A DNA stretch of 64,000 nt. Origin: an uncultured Haloferula sp. Its GTDB lineage: Bacteria > Verrucomicrobiota > Verrucomicrobiia > Verrucomicrobiales > Akkermansiaceae. The stretch covers positions 160,001 through 224,000 of the forward strand of contig CBFGTS010000003.1 of assembly GCA_965652295.1 (NCBI GenBank). Reading direction: 5' to 3'. The position numbers were made by a program, and so were the translations under genes. The notes beneath the pieces were generated by a model that did not search any database, was not told where the DNA came from, and saw nothing but the letters and a program-made list of their open reading frames with translations. Each line of letters opens with the position of its first letter. Position 1 is the first letter of the stretch. Shown in pieces: positions 45,089 to 55,119 of the stretch.

Positions 45089-46834
45089 TCAACGCCCGAG
45101 CCCGAAGCGTCGCTCCAGCTCACCGAGGGAAAACTCGGTCAAAGTGGGACGCCCGTCCGCGGCACAATAGGGCAGGTCGCACTCGAAAAGCTGGTCCAGC
45201 ACGGCGAGTGCCTCTTCCGGCCGCGGCGCTTCCAGCAGGGCGGCCCGGCGTGCCAGCGAACGGGCGAGCTTTTCGTAGGCGAAACGCCGTGACATCGAGG
45301 CCTCGTCCGCCAGTTCGTCGGCCAGTTCGGTGAGGAGTTTGCCCACTTCCGCTGGCTCGACAAATCCCGGCGCGGCGGAAACCTGAACGCTGCCGCCTCC
45401 GAAATCGCCGACCTCGAACCCGGCGGACCCCAGCCCATCGCGGTGCGCCAGCAACAGTTCAGCCTCGCGCGGCCCCGGATCGAGCACCACGGGCACCAGC
45501 AGGCTTTGCGAAGCCACCCCGCCTTGACCGCCCGCGAGCAGTTTTTCGTAGAGAATCCGTTCCCGCGCCGCGCGGGGATCGAGCATCACCAGCCCGTCCT
45601 CCGATTCCAACAACGCGAACCGCCCGAGCAAGGTGCCAATGTAACGGAATCCCGGCCCCTCACGCTGAGGCGGCGTCTCCGGGATCAGCGGACGTTCCAC
45701 CATGACCGGATTCCAGCTCGCCGCCCGCGCTGGCGGGGCGGCGTAGGAAGGAGCGATGGCCGGGCGCGAGACCGGTTCGGCGGTGTCGGCCGGCCGCACG
45801 GGCGGAGCCGCCGCCGGCTCGCGCAGGACCGGACGTGGCGGCTGGAAGGCGGAGGAAGCACCCATCACCGCCGCGGCCACCGCTTCCCGCAGCTCGTGCG
45901 GACGCCGCAGACGGATCTCTCGCTTGGCCGGGTGGACGTTGACATCGACGAGCGAAGGATCGAGGTCGATCCACAGCCACGCCGCCGGGTTCAAGCCCTC
46001 ACCCAACCCGCCGCGGAAGCCCTCGATGAGCCCGCGGGAAATCGCCGAATCCTCCACCGGGCGACCGTTCAGGAACACGCACTGGTGCTTCCGCCCGCGC
46101 CGCGCATGGCCATGCGGCAACATGAAGCCTTCCACCTTCAGCCCATGGCCCTCGGTGGTTTCCAGCCGCAGCAACTCCTTCCCCACCGCCAGCCCCACGA
46201 TCTGCCGCAGCCGGTCGAAGCGATCCAGGCCCGCGGGCAGGTCGAACACCTCCTTCCCGTCCTTGCCGAAACGCAGCCGCACCCCCGCCGCCGCCAAGGC
46301 GTGCAACCGAAGTTGGTGCTCGATGTGGGCCGACTCGGTCGTCTCCGTCCGCAGGAATTTCCGCCGCGCCGGGACGTTGAAAAACAGATCCCGCACCTCG
46401 ATCACCGTACCCACCGGACAGCCGGCGTCGCGCGCCTCACCGATCGCTCCGCCGTTCACCTCGATCTCCACACCCGCCACGGTCTCGCCCGTTCTCGTTT
46501 TCAGGCGAAAACGGGAAACGCTCGCAATGCTCGGGATCGCCTCGCCGCGGAATCCCAGCGTGCGGATCCGGTGGAGATCAGCCGAATCCCGGAGTTTGCT
46601 CGTCGCGTGACGTTCCAGGCACATCCGGGCGTCCTCCGGCTCCATGCCGCAGCCGTCATCGGTCACCCGGATCATTGCCGCGCCGCCGCGGCGGATCTCC
46701 ACCAGCACTTCCCGCGCGCCGGCATCGATGCTGTTCTCAACCAACTCCTTGACCACGCTGGCCGGGCGCTCGACCACCTCGCCGGCTGCCACCTGGCTGG
46801 CCAGAACGTCGGGGAGCACTTGGATGCGCGGCAC
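45089..46834 (-). CDS. mutL: DNA mismatch repair protein MutL
   Basis: AAGEVVERPASVVKELVENSIDAG, HATSK, GFRGEA, DVNVHPAKRE. Confidence 0.95.
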   Translation of the reverse strand: MPRIQVLPDVLASQVAAGEVVERPASVVKELVENSIDAGAREVLVEIRRGGAAMIRVTDDGCGMEPEDARMCLERHATSKLRDSADLHRIRTLGFRGEAIPSIASVSRFRLKTRTGETVAGVEIEVNGGAIGEARDAGCPVGTVIEVRDLFFNVPARRKFLRTETTESAHIEHQLRLHALAAAGVRLRFGKDGKEVFDLPAGLDRFDRLRQIVGLAVGKELLRLETTEGHGLKVEGFMLPHGHARRGRKHQCVFLNGRPVEDSAISRGLIEGFRGGLGEGLNPAAWLWIDLDPSLVDVNVHPAKREIRLRRPHELREAVAAAVMGASSAFQPPRPVLREPAAAPPVRPADTAEPVSRPAIAPSYAAPPARAASWNPVMVERPLIPETPPQREGPGFRYIGTLLGRFALLESEDGLVMLDPRAARERILYEKLLAGGQGGVASQSLLVPVVLDPGPREAELLLAHRDGLGSAGFEVGDFGGGSVQVSAAPGFVEPAEVGKLLTELADELADEASMSRRFAYEKLARSLARRAALLEAPRPEEALAVLDQLFECDLPYCAADGRPTLTEFSLGELERRFGLGR

Positions 46835-46942
46835 GCCGCCACTTCAAACCCCAATTGCCAATTATCCAACATCCAATCACTCTCGTCCGTCGGCTCATTT
46901 TTCCCTCGCACCCCCGCCCTGCCGCCTTATCTAGACCTCGTC

Positions 46943-47317
46943 ATGATCACCATCAGCGAACGCGCCGCCAGCGCCCTCCGCGACCTCCTTGCCAGCAAGG
47001 GCGCGTCGGAGCAGACCGGCCTGCGCCTCGCCGTCCGCCGCGGCGGCTGCGCCGGCTGGCAGTATGAGATGAAAATCGCCGAAGCCGAAGAGGGCGACCA
47101 GATTTCCGCCTTCGAGGGTGGCCGCCTGATCGTCGCCGGCGACAGCGCCGAAAAACTCGACGGCTGCGAGGTCGATTACTCCGACGGCCTCTCCGACGCC
47201 GGTTTCCGCATCGTCAATCCCCAGGCCGTCCGCTCGTGCGGCTGCGGCACCTCGTTCGAAACCGCCGCCGACCCGCCGTCGGACTTCGATCCCGAGGACG
47301 ACTGCACCACGAAATAG
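46943..47317 (+). CDS. HesB/IscA-family Fe-S carrier
   Basis: GGCAGWQY, NPQAVRSCGCGTSF. Confidence 0.9.
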   Translation: MITISERAASALRDLLASKGASEQTGLRLAVRRGGCAGWQYEMKIAEAEEGDQISAFEGGRLIVAGDSAEKLDGCEVDYSDGLSDAGFRIVNPQAVRSCGCGTSFETAADPPSDFDPEDDCTTK

Positions 47318-48070
47318 ATGAGCCCGAAGGCGGAAGCAGCTCCCCGACGCCGTCGCGGCCACTACTACTGGTGGCTGCTGGCCAATACCGTCGCCGCCTG
47401 CCTCGCGGTGCTCTCCTGGCTGCTCACCCTGCATGTTTTCGGCCACCCGGAGATCCCGCAGTTCTACGACCTGATCAGCAAGCTCGGCCGCGCCGAGCCA
47501 CCCGTCGGTTTCACCCTTCAGGAAGCCCCGCCCGGCGAGGCCGCCGATCCACAGAAGCTCTACACCCGCTACGCCGAGCTGCCCGAGGACAAGACCGCCA
47601 CCCTCAACCGCGCCCTGATGCGCAACTACCTCACCGGCCTCAAGCAGCCGGACCTCATCCAGTACGTCGAGGGCACCCTGGAAGTCGTCGAAACCCGCGA
47701 CCTCGGTCCGGACGACCTCTTTTCCGAAGGCTTCGCCGTCCGTGGCCGCGCCATGGTCCGGCCCGATGAATTCACCCAGCCGGTCCCCTATCCCGTCGTC
47801 ATCGACTACCTCTTCCCCACCGCCAACACCGCCGCGAGGAAATGGTTCGTCCCCGGCGACCAACTCAAGATTTCCAAGATCCCCAACTGCGCCATGCTCC
47901 TTCACGTGGGCCGCGCGATCGATGGAGATACGCCGTTGGTCGTGCTCAGCGTCGTGCCGCTCGTCATGACCGAGTATCAGGTCGGCGAAGACCGCCGCTT
48001 TTCCCTGAAAACCCCGGAGACCCTCGATCCCGGCGCGCGCCTCCCGGCCTTCGGGACCGGTGGCGAGTAG
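47318..48070 (+). CDS. Hypothetical single-TM protein
   Basis: Abuts the iscA-like stop; N-terminal TM; strong GC3 bias. Confidence 0.7.
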   Translation: MSPKAEAAPRRRRGHYYWWLLANTVAACLAVLSWLLTLHVFGHPEIPQFYDLISKLGRAEPPVGFTLQEAPPGEAADPQKLYTRYAELPEDKTATLNRALMRNYLTGLKQPDLIQYVEGTLEVVETRDLGPDDLFSEGFAVRGRAMVRPDEFTQPVPYPVVIDYLFPTANTAARKWFVPGDQLKISKIPNCAMLLHVGRAIDGDTPLVVLSVVPLVMTEYQVGEDRRFSLKTPETLDPGARLPAFGTGGE

Positions 48071-48125
48071 CTCCAAACCTTCTCTTCGCTTGGCACCGGT
48101 CGTCACGCCCGGCAGCCTCTCGGTC

Positions 48126-49355
48126 ATGGCTTGGCGTATCGACGAACAAGTGATCCGCGGCGAAATCGACAGCCGCACGCAAGGTCGCACCACCGGCCGC
48201 ATCTGGTTGCTCGGGCGCGATGAGCCCCTGCAGCTCGACCTCGAAGGCAACCCCTGGGCCGACCTCGCCGGGCACCTCCTTCATTTCAGCCACCCCGCGC
48301 CGGTTCCCGGTGAAATCGACCGCCTCGCCACCGAACAACGCGGCTCCGTCGGCGACATCACCGCCTCTCGCAAGCTCCGCGTGCCGGAGTGCCCGCTCGA
48401 CGAAATGCTGGCCCTCTCCAAAGCCGGCAAAGCCTACCCCTGGCACTGGTCCAACAGCCTCTACCTCGAGTGGTTCAGCCAGCGGAACGGCCGCGTCGTG
48501 ATCGAAAGCACCGACTTCGAACTCACCATCGATCCCGAACCGGCCTGGAGCATGTCTCCGGACGACGAGATCGCCCAACGCACCCGCAATGCCTCCGCCC
48601 TCAGCCGTTTCATGGACCGTCTCGGCGCGGTCACCGCCGGCGAGGCTCTCGATGACGACGCTCCGCAAAGCAAAGCCGAGGCGGAGGCCGACGCCCACAC
48701 CGACTGGATGAACCGCCTGCTCGATCGCATCGAGGCGCGGCTCGAACGCGAAGGACTCGACGAAGCCGACTACGAGAGCATCTACGAAGAAGAACGCGCG
48801 CGTTTGCAGAAGGAGACCGGCTATCCACCCGAACCGGCGGACGACGACGAGACCGAAGAAGAGCGGCAGGCATGGATCGATGAGATGAACGCCATCGCCG
48901 CCGAGGCCCTCGTGGAAATGGAAAGCGAGGCGTGGAAAGAGCGGCCCGAACCCCGGCGGCCCGAGCTGCTCGACCGCGCCATGGACCTCGGCATCCAGCT
49001 CCATGCCGACATCGAAGCCTGGATCTCGGAAGACTCTCCTGCCGAGCACCCGCTCCGCGAAATCGCCTGGGGCGTGCAGTTCGCCTCCGTCAAAATCGGC
49101 GGCGCCCTCGGTCACGATGCCGATGAACCGTGGCCGCCCGATCCGCTCATGGCGGGCGACAGCCTGGTGCGCCTCAAGAAGTCCCGCGACTGCCTCCGCG
49201 ACGCCCTGCGCGCCATGGATTGCGCTGATGAGGAAAGCCTCGCCACGCCCGAGTGGCGCATCACCTCCCGCCGCGCCATCGCCGACATCCTCGGCGAGGT
49301 CCAGCTGCTCATTGTGCAGCTCCGTGAGGTGTTGAAAGACACGCCGGAGGCCTGA
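48126..49355 (+). CDS. Acidic hypothetical protein
   Basis: Long ORF with GC3 bias; MAWRIDEQVIRGEID start. Confidence 0.7.
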   Translation: MAWRIDEQVIRGEIDSRTQGRTTGRIWLLGRDEPLQLDLEGNPWADLAGHLLHFSHPAPVPGEIDRLATEQRGSVGDITASRKLRVPECPLDEMLALSKAGKAYPWHWSNSLYLEWFSQRNGRVVIESTDFELTIDPEPAWSMSPDDEIAQRTRNASALSRFMDRLGAVTAGEALDDDAPQSKAEAEADAHTDWMNRLLDRIEARLEREGLDEADYESIYEEERARLQKETGYPPEPADDDETEEERQAWIDEMNAIAAEALVEMESEAWKERPEPRRPELLDRAMDLGIQLHADIEAWISEDSPAEHPLREIAWGVQFASVKIGGALGHDADEPWPPDPLMAGDSLVRLKKSRDCLRDALRAMDCADEESLATPEWRITSRRAIADILGEVQLLIVQLREVLKDTPEA

Positions 49356-49434
49356 GAGATCGCAACGCAAGAGCCGCGCCCCGTCCGGAAAAGCCCCGAA
49401 CCGGAGGGACGCGGTCTGTTTACCCGGAAAAAGC

Positions 49435-51765
49435 CTACGGCTCGGTCTGCGAGACTTCGATCCGGGTGAACAAACGGGCCGGAACCGGGCCGGTGACGGT
49501 CGCGGTGACCGTCGTCGTTCCGCTGGCTGGCATGTCCCCGGTCGCGACGAAGGTCACCGTCGTTCCCGCGGCCGTTTCGCCGCTGGCGTGCCACGTCACC
49601 AGGTCGGTGGACCAGCGGTAGGCTGCGCTCACGTCGCCCGCCACCTCCTCGTTCTGCGGATGGAGGAACGTGACGGTGCCGCCGGACTTCGCGATGCCGG
49701 TCACCCCTGAATTCGTTGCGCCCGGATCGGTGCCGAAGAAATTCTCAACACCGTTCGCAAGGCCATCGCCGTCCGGATCGTCGTTGAAACCGGTCGCCCC
49801 CCCCACGCCGGGGTAGTTCGAGATCCAGGTCGCGTAATCGTCGGCCGGACCGCTGAGACCGGTGAGGTCCACATGGAAAGCACGATCGCCCGCGAGTTCG
49901 ACGTAGCTGCCGTCGATCTCCGCCACCGCCTCGCCACGGAAGGCGGTGCCACCGGCATAGCCGTCCAGCGACGTCCCGCTCAGCTCGAAGTAGGGATCAC
50001 CGGCCGTCGTGGAGATTTCGAAGTAATAGGTGGTATCGGGATCCAAGGTTCCGATTTCAGCCGCCGACAGATCGAAGGTCAGGTAGGTTCCCGAGCCAAG
50101 GTTGTCCGGCTGGGCGGCATTCACCAGCGCATCGCCGGTGTAGAGGGCCGCGTCGGAGTGGAAGACCGGGGTCTTCACACCGCCCGTGACCGTGCCGAAC
50201 TGGAACTTGAGGAGGTCGCCGTTTTGTAGGTCGTAGTAGGTCCCGTTGCCGAGATAGTTGTCCCACTGCACGTGGCGGACGGTGACCGAAGCGATGGTGT
50301 AGCCGAGCGGATCGGAGCCCGTGGTGAACGACATGCCCTGGCTTGTTTTGTCGAAGGCTACATAAGTCGACTCATCATTGTCCCCCGAGGTGACGATCGG
50401 AATGCCGCCGGGACTGCCGTCGATGTTGTCGACATCGTCCACATTGCCCGGGAGATAGAACTCGTCGAACGAATCCGTCGCAGGCGCGGTGAGACCTGCG
50501 GTGACCGTGAGATCGACCAGACGCACCGTCGCCACCTCCGAGAACGTCTCCCTCGGAAACCCCTCTTCCGCCACTGCCGCATCGTCGGAAACAATCACGT
50601 AGTAGCCCCCCGCCTCGGCAGCACCGATCCCGCCAAGTTCAAGCGTCGCGGTCGTCGCACCCGTGATGTTGCCGCCATCGGAAAGCTCGATGTCGCCTCC
50701 CTCGCCGACTTTGAACCACTGGTAGCTCAGGTTCCCCACGCCAGTGGCGATCACGGTTAGCTCGACCGTCGAGCCGGCGAAAGCACCGGTCGATGCCGGT
50801 TGTTGCGTGATGGTCGGATTGGGAAAAATCAAATCCACCAACACCTCGTCGCTGGTGGCATCTCCATTCTCATTGCTGGCGATCACCCGGTAGAAACCGT
50901 TGTCGGCGGTCGCCGCGGGATCGATGACCAGCGAGGCGTTCGTCTCGCCCCCCAGGTCGATCCACGGATCCTCCCCGTCCGCGGAATACTGCCACTGATA
51001 GGTCGGCGCGGGCTCGGCTGCCGCCGAGGAGGTCAGGGTCACCGTATCCCCCACGAAACCGAAGAAATCCTCCGGCTGGGTGACGAAGACCGGCACCGGC
51101 GAATCGGGGATGAGGACCACGTTGTCCAGCACCGGCCATGACTCCGTAGCCGCCGGGCGGAAGGTGTTGAAACGAAGGAAAAGCTCCTGCGTCCCCGCCG
51201 CGCTGAGATCGAGCGTGGCCGTGACGGACTCGACCAGCCCGTCCACGCCCGTGGTGGTCATGGTGAAACTCTGCGAACCGAGGAAGGTGACCCCGTCGGC
51301 ACCACGAACGTCGGCGGTGTCATCCGGCGTGAACGCTCCGACCCCGTCATAGGCATAGACACCGATGGTCAGCCCGAGCTCGCGCCCTCCGGGGTCGTCG
51401 TTCGGCGCACCCCAGTCGAACTGCACGTCGACCGAGGTCAGCCCGTCGGCGGTCCCGATGCTTTGGTAGAGATGATTGCCCGTGTCGGCGTCGGCCGATG
51501 CCGTGTTCTGGACCGCTCCCGCTTCATACGAGCCAAGCACGACGACCGTCGTACCATTGGGAGTGATGGCTGCGGCGTTCGTCTGCCAGGTGCCGTGCCA
51601 GAACGTGCCATCGCTGGTGTCATTCCAATCGCTGACGTTGTCGATATTGTTGCCGGCACCGGTCTCGAAGTTGCCGTTGGTGATCGCGAGCTGGGCGTGC
51701 GCAGCCGGCGCGCCACCCATCACGGCACCGAACATGCAGGCCAGAACGAGTTCGTGGTATTTCAT
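49435..51765 (-). CDS. Secreted multidomain protein with two Ig-like domains
   Basis: Signal; ITNGNFE domain; FVTQP/ITQQP...YQW...G.Y Ig repeats; DPDGDG...STDLVTW C-terminal domain. Confidence 0.8.
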   Translation of the reverse strand: MKYHELVLACMFGAVMGGAPAAHAQLAITNGNFETGAGNNIDNVSDWNDTSDGTFWHGTWQTNAAAITPNGTTVVVLGSYEAGAVQNTASADADTGNHLYQSIGTADGLTSVDVQFDWGAPNDDPGGRELGLTIGVYAYDGVGAFTPDDTADVRGADGVTFLGSQSFTMTTTGVDGLVESVTATLDLSAAGTQELFLRFNTFRPAATESWPVLDNVVLIPDSPVPVFVTQPEDFFGFVGDTVTLTSSAAAEPAPTYQWQYSADGEDPWIDLGGETNASLVIDPAATADNGFYRVIASNENGDATSDEVLVDLIFPNPTITQQPASTGAFAGSTVELTVIATGVGNLSYQWFKVGEGGDIELSDGGNITGATTATLELGGIGAAEAGGYYVIVSDDAAVAEEGFPRETFSEVATVRLVDLTVTAGLTAPATDSFDEFYLPGNVDDVDNIDGSPGGIPIVTSGDNDESTYVAFDKTSQGMSFTTGSDPLGYTIASVTVRHVQWDNYLGNGTYYDLQNGDLLKFQFGTVTGGVKTPVFHSDAALYTGDALVNAAQPDNLGSGTYLTFDLSAAEIGTLDPDTTYYFEISTTAGDPYFELSGTSLDGYAGGTAFRGEAVAEIDGSYVELAGDRAFHVDLTGLSGPADDYATWISNYPGVGGATGFNDDPDGDGLANGVENFFGTDPGATNSGVTGIAKSGGTVTFLHPQNEEVAGDVSAAYRWSTDLVTWHASGETAAGTTVTFVATGDMPASGTTTVTATVTGPVPARLFTRIEVSQTEP

Positions 51766-51848
51766 GGAGTCCATCATCGGGGGGGTTCTCGTGCTGCTCG
51801 GACGCCTGCCGCAGGTCGGCACCGTCGTGAGCAGTCCTTCGTGCCCAA

Positions 51849-51877
51849 GAAGCGGATTGTGCGCGGAGAATCCGACA
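51849..51877 (-). promoter_or_regulatory. Candidate ECF promoter, copy 1
   Basis: TGTCGGATTC-N10-ATCCGCTTC upstream of the Ig protein. Confidence 0.6.
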
Positions 51878-51921
51878 GGGGTGCCGTGATTTCTTCCGCC
51901 TCCACCGCGCCCGGGCTTTTG

Positions 51922-51959
51922 AAAACGAAAAGGCCGCCGCGGGGCTCTCCGCGGCGGCC
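51922..51959 (-). terminator. Rho-independent terminator
   Basis: GGCCGCCGCGG-AGAGCC-CCGCGGCGGCC-TTTTCGTTTT after the PEP-CTERM gene. Confidence 0.75.
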
Positions 51960-51984
51960 CGTGGTGAGACAGGTTTCGGAGAGA

Positions 51985-52710
51985 TCAGGCGCGGCGACGG
52001 CGCAGCAGGCCGAGGAGTCCGAGGCCACCGAGCAGGGCAGCCGTGGGCTCGGGAACGATGGTGATGTTGTCCAGCGCGGACCAGGACTGGGTGTCCGCAG
52101 GGCGATAGTTGCTGAATCGAAGAAAAAGCTCCTGCGTCCCGGCACTCGAGATATCGAGCGTCGCGAGCTGAGTAAAGATCTGGTCGTCCAGATTGACCGA
52201 ATCGTAAGTGAAGCTCATCGAGTCAAGCAAAGTAACGCCGGTGGCACCCCGCACGTCGGTATTATTGCCCGGGGTGAAGCCACCGAGGCCATCGTAGGCA
52301 TAGATCCCGACGGTGATCCCCAAAGTGCGCCCGCCGTTGTCATCATTCGGCTGGCCAAAATCGAAACTGAGCGGAAGCAAAAGCGCGCCGTCCGCAGTTC
52401 CGATGCTCTGGAAGAGGTAGTTGCCGTCGTTCACATTGGCCGAAGTCGTGCTTTGGATCGCTCCCGATTCGTAGGAGCCAAGGATCACAACATTCGTGTC
52501 GTTGGGGGTGATGGTAGCGGCATTCGTCTGCCAGGTGCCTTGCCAGAAGGTTCCGTTGCTGTTGTCGAACCAGCTGGTGACATCGTCGATGTTGTTGCCA
52601 CCTCCGGTTTCGAAGTCGCCGTTGGTAATTGCCAGGGCTCCGAAAGCCGCGGGGCTGAGGAGGGAAAGCGCCGCGAGGGTGCCGATACTGTACAGGTTTT
52701 TCATTCTCAT
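51985..52710 (-). CDS. PEP-CTERM protein
   Basis: Signal peptide; VPEPTAALLGGLGLLGLLRRRRA. Confidence 0.92.
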   Translation of the reverse strand: MRMKNLYSIGTLAALSLLSPAAFGALAITNGDFETGGGNNIDDVTSWFDNSNGTFWQGTWQTNAATITPNDTNVVILGSYESGAIQSTTSANVNDGNYLFQSIGTADGALLLPLSFDFGQPNDDNGGRTLGITVGIYAYDGLGGFTPGNNTDVRGATGVTLLDSMSFTYDSVNLDDQIFTQLATLDISSAGTQELFLRFSNYRPADTQSWSALDNITIVPEPTAALLGGLGLLGLLRRRRA

Positions 52711-52777
52711 GGAGGTTTTGATGGTTCGAGGGGAGAGACGGCTTCCGTTTGGGGGCTCACCTGTTCTCCCATGCCGA

Positions 52778-52806
52778 GAAGCGGATCTTCCGGAGAGAAT
52801 CCGACA
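52778..52806 (-). promoter_or_regulatory. Candidate ECF promoter, copy 2
   Basis: TGTCGGATTC-N10-ATCCGCTTC upstream of the PEP-CTERM gene. Confidence 0.6.
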
Positions 52807-52911
52807 CGGGCTCCGAAGTTTTTTTCTCAGGGTCCGAACCTGAGCCTCCAAAAGCGGCGGCTGTCACCGGGAACAACCTCCGCCGGGACTGCCGTCGTTT
52901 CCCCCGGGAGA

Positions 52912-55119
52912 CTATTCCCCGCCTTCTTCCACCTGCTGGCCGGCTTCCTCAAGCAGGAGGCGGACGTTGACCCAATCGAACCAGAAACCGGCATTCGTCC
53001 CTCCCAGCTTCTCGATGCCACAATGCCCGGCTGCCTCCTCCTCCGCCCCTTCAAGATAAGCTTCGGCCTCACCGCCAGATCCGGAGCGTCGCTCAACCAT
53101 GGCCAGAAGGATGCGGCTCGATATGGGACAGGTGGGATTCACCTGCGGCTGCGCCAAACAGCGCTCCGCCCAGATCCGCGCCAACTCGTCGTCGCCCTGC
53201 CGGTAGTGGAACAGCGCCAACGCGAAACAACTCCATGCCCTGAGGTCGTGGTCGGTCCAGGTCCGGCTGTCCTTGTCTTCCAAGGCGGTTTCCACGCGCT
53301 CGGCCAGCGGTGCCAGGCGATCCAGAATCTCCGGACCCGCCGGCCGCAACAGACAGCCCTTGAGCATTTGCTCCGCCACCACCGGCTGGTTGGTGTTCCC
53401 GAAGCGCTCGATCGCGATCTTGCGGAACCAATCGTAGCGCCGCATGTCGCCGGACTGGCAAACAGCCGTCGCGGCCGGCAGCAGACGCATGGAGACCTTT
53501 TCGTTGTCCGTCGAATCCACCCGCGCCAGAGCCACGGCCATCGCGACCAGACGCCTGTCCACCTCCGCCATCCGTCCTGCGAAAAGGTGCCATTCCGCGA
53601 CCTTTGCGAAAACGTCCACCGCCTCAAGTGACGCCGGTGTGTCCTCCACCGGAATCGTCGCCAGGAGACGGTCCGCCCCCTCCATGTCCTTGTAGTGGAT
53701 CCGCACCGCCGCCTCGGCGACCCGCGAACGCACATCGGCCCGTTCCCGCAGCACCATTTCCGAGGCATGGGCGCGCTCGGCCTCGGCGCGGGCCGCCTTC
53801 TCCCGCAAAAAGAGCACCGTCGCCGCACTGAGGCCACCCAGCAAACCCACCAGCGCCAGCGTCCCGGCACCGAAAACCAGCCGGTTCCGCCGTACCAGCT
53901 TCACCAGCCGGTAGCGCCGCGTCTGCGGTCTCGCGAGCACCGGCTCCTCGTCCAGCCAGCGGCGGACATCCGCCGCCAATCCATTCACCGTGGCATAGCG
54001 CTGCGCCGGATCGCGATCCACGGCTTTGCGGACGATCCAGTCCAGCTCCTGCTCGCACCACAGAATCAACTTCTGCGCTGAAATCCCCCGCAGCCCCGCG
54101 ATCTTCGTCCGCTCGCAGGCCGGCAGCCTCCGCAACGCCTCCGATGGCGGCCTCGGCGGATTCCTTTGGAGAAACTCACGCACGTTCTGGGTTTCTCCTC
54201 CCGCCAGCTCAGCCGGCACCGGACGCGGTGGTCCGCCCAGCAGCTCCCCGAGAACAATCCCAAGGCTGTAGATATCGCTCCGGGTATCCACCGGCTCGTC
54301 CCCGGTCGCCTGCTCCGGGCTCATGTAATCCGGCGTCCCTATCTTCCGCTGCTGCCCGCCCTCGTCCGCGTCCTCGCTTTCCATCGCGATCCCGAAATCA
54401 ATCACCTTCGGTATCGGCATTCCGTCATGACTCGTCACCAGAATGTTCGAAGGCTTGATGTCCCGGTGCACCACCCCGCGCTGGTGGGCGTGCTGGATCG
54501 CCCGACACACCTTCTCGAAAAGCTCCAGCCGCTCCCGCACGCTCAACCTACGGGAATCACAGTAATCCGAGATCGACTCACCATCGACCAGTTCCATCAC
54601 GAAAAACGGGCGACCGTTCGAGGTCGTCACCGCATCCAGAACCCGGGCGATGTGCGGATGATTCATCGACGCCAGCGCCTGCGTCTCCGCCCGGAACCGG
54701 GCGATCACCTCGGGCGAGTCCAGACCGAGGCGGATGATCTTGATCGCCACCTTCCTCCGCACCGGCTCCAGCTGCTCCGCCAGATACACCACCCCGCATC
54801 CTCCCGAACCCAGCCGCTCGATCAACCGGTAGCGGCCGAGGCCGATGCCCAGGCCGCCGTCCGGCATGGGCTCATCCTCCTCGTCCGCCACCGCGTGGCG
54901 CGGGTCGAACTCGAAGAAATCATCAGCATCCTCCTGCACGCCGAGCAGCACATCCAACCGCGCGCGCAACTCCGGATCGCCCCGGCAGACGTGCTCGAGA
55001 AAAACCGATTGCTCCGCCGCCGAGCCGAACATCGAAGCCGCATCGAACAGCAGCTTCTCCACCGCGGCAGACGTTTCCGCGCCGTGCCCCGCCGCCTCGT
55101 CCCTTGCGCTAGAGTTCAT
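52912..55119 (-). CDS. Hanks-type Ser/Thr kinase with TM and TPR-like C-terminus
   Basis: GSGGCGVV, VAIK, HRDIKPSN, DFG, GTPDYMSPEQ. Confidence 0.92.
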   Translation of the reverse strand: MNSSARDEAAGHGAETSAAVEKLLFDAASMFGSAAEQSVFLEHVCRGDPELRARLDVLLGVQEDADDFFEFDPRHAVADEEDEPMPDGGLGIGLGRYRLIERLGSGGCGVVYLAEQLEPVRRKVAIKIIRLGLDSPEVIARFRAETQALASMNHPHIARVLDAVTTSNGRPFFVMELVDGESISDYCDSRRLSVRERLELFEKVCRAIQHAHQRGVVHRDIKPSNILVTSHDGMPIPKVIDFGIAMESEDADEGGQQRKIGTPDYMSPEQATGDEPVDTRSDIYSLGIVLGELLGGPPRPVPAELAGGETQNVREFLQRNPPRPPSEALRRLPACERTKIAGLRGISAQKLILWCEQELDWIVRKAVDRDPAQRYATVNGLAADVRRWLDEEPVLARPQTRRYRLVKLVRRNRLVFGAGTLALVGLLGGLSAATVLFLREKAARAEAERAHASEMVLRERADVRSRVAEAAVRIHYKDMEGADRLLATIPVEDTPASLEAVDVFAKVAEWHLFAGRMAEVDRRLVAMAVALARVDSTDNEKVSMRLLPAATAVCQSGDMRRYDWFRKIAIERFGNTNQPVVAEQMLKGCLLRPAGPEILDRLAPLAERVETALEDKDSRTWTDHDLRAWSCFALALFHYRQGDDELARIWAERCLAQPQVNPTCPISSRILLAMVERRSGSGGEAEAYLEGAEEEAAGHCGIEKLGGTNAGFWFDWVNVRLLLEEAGQQVEEGGE

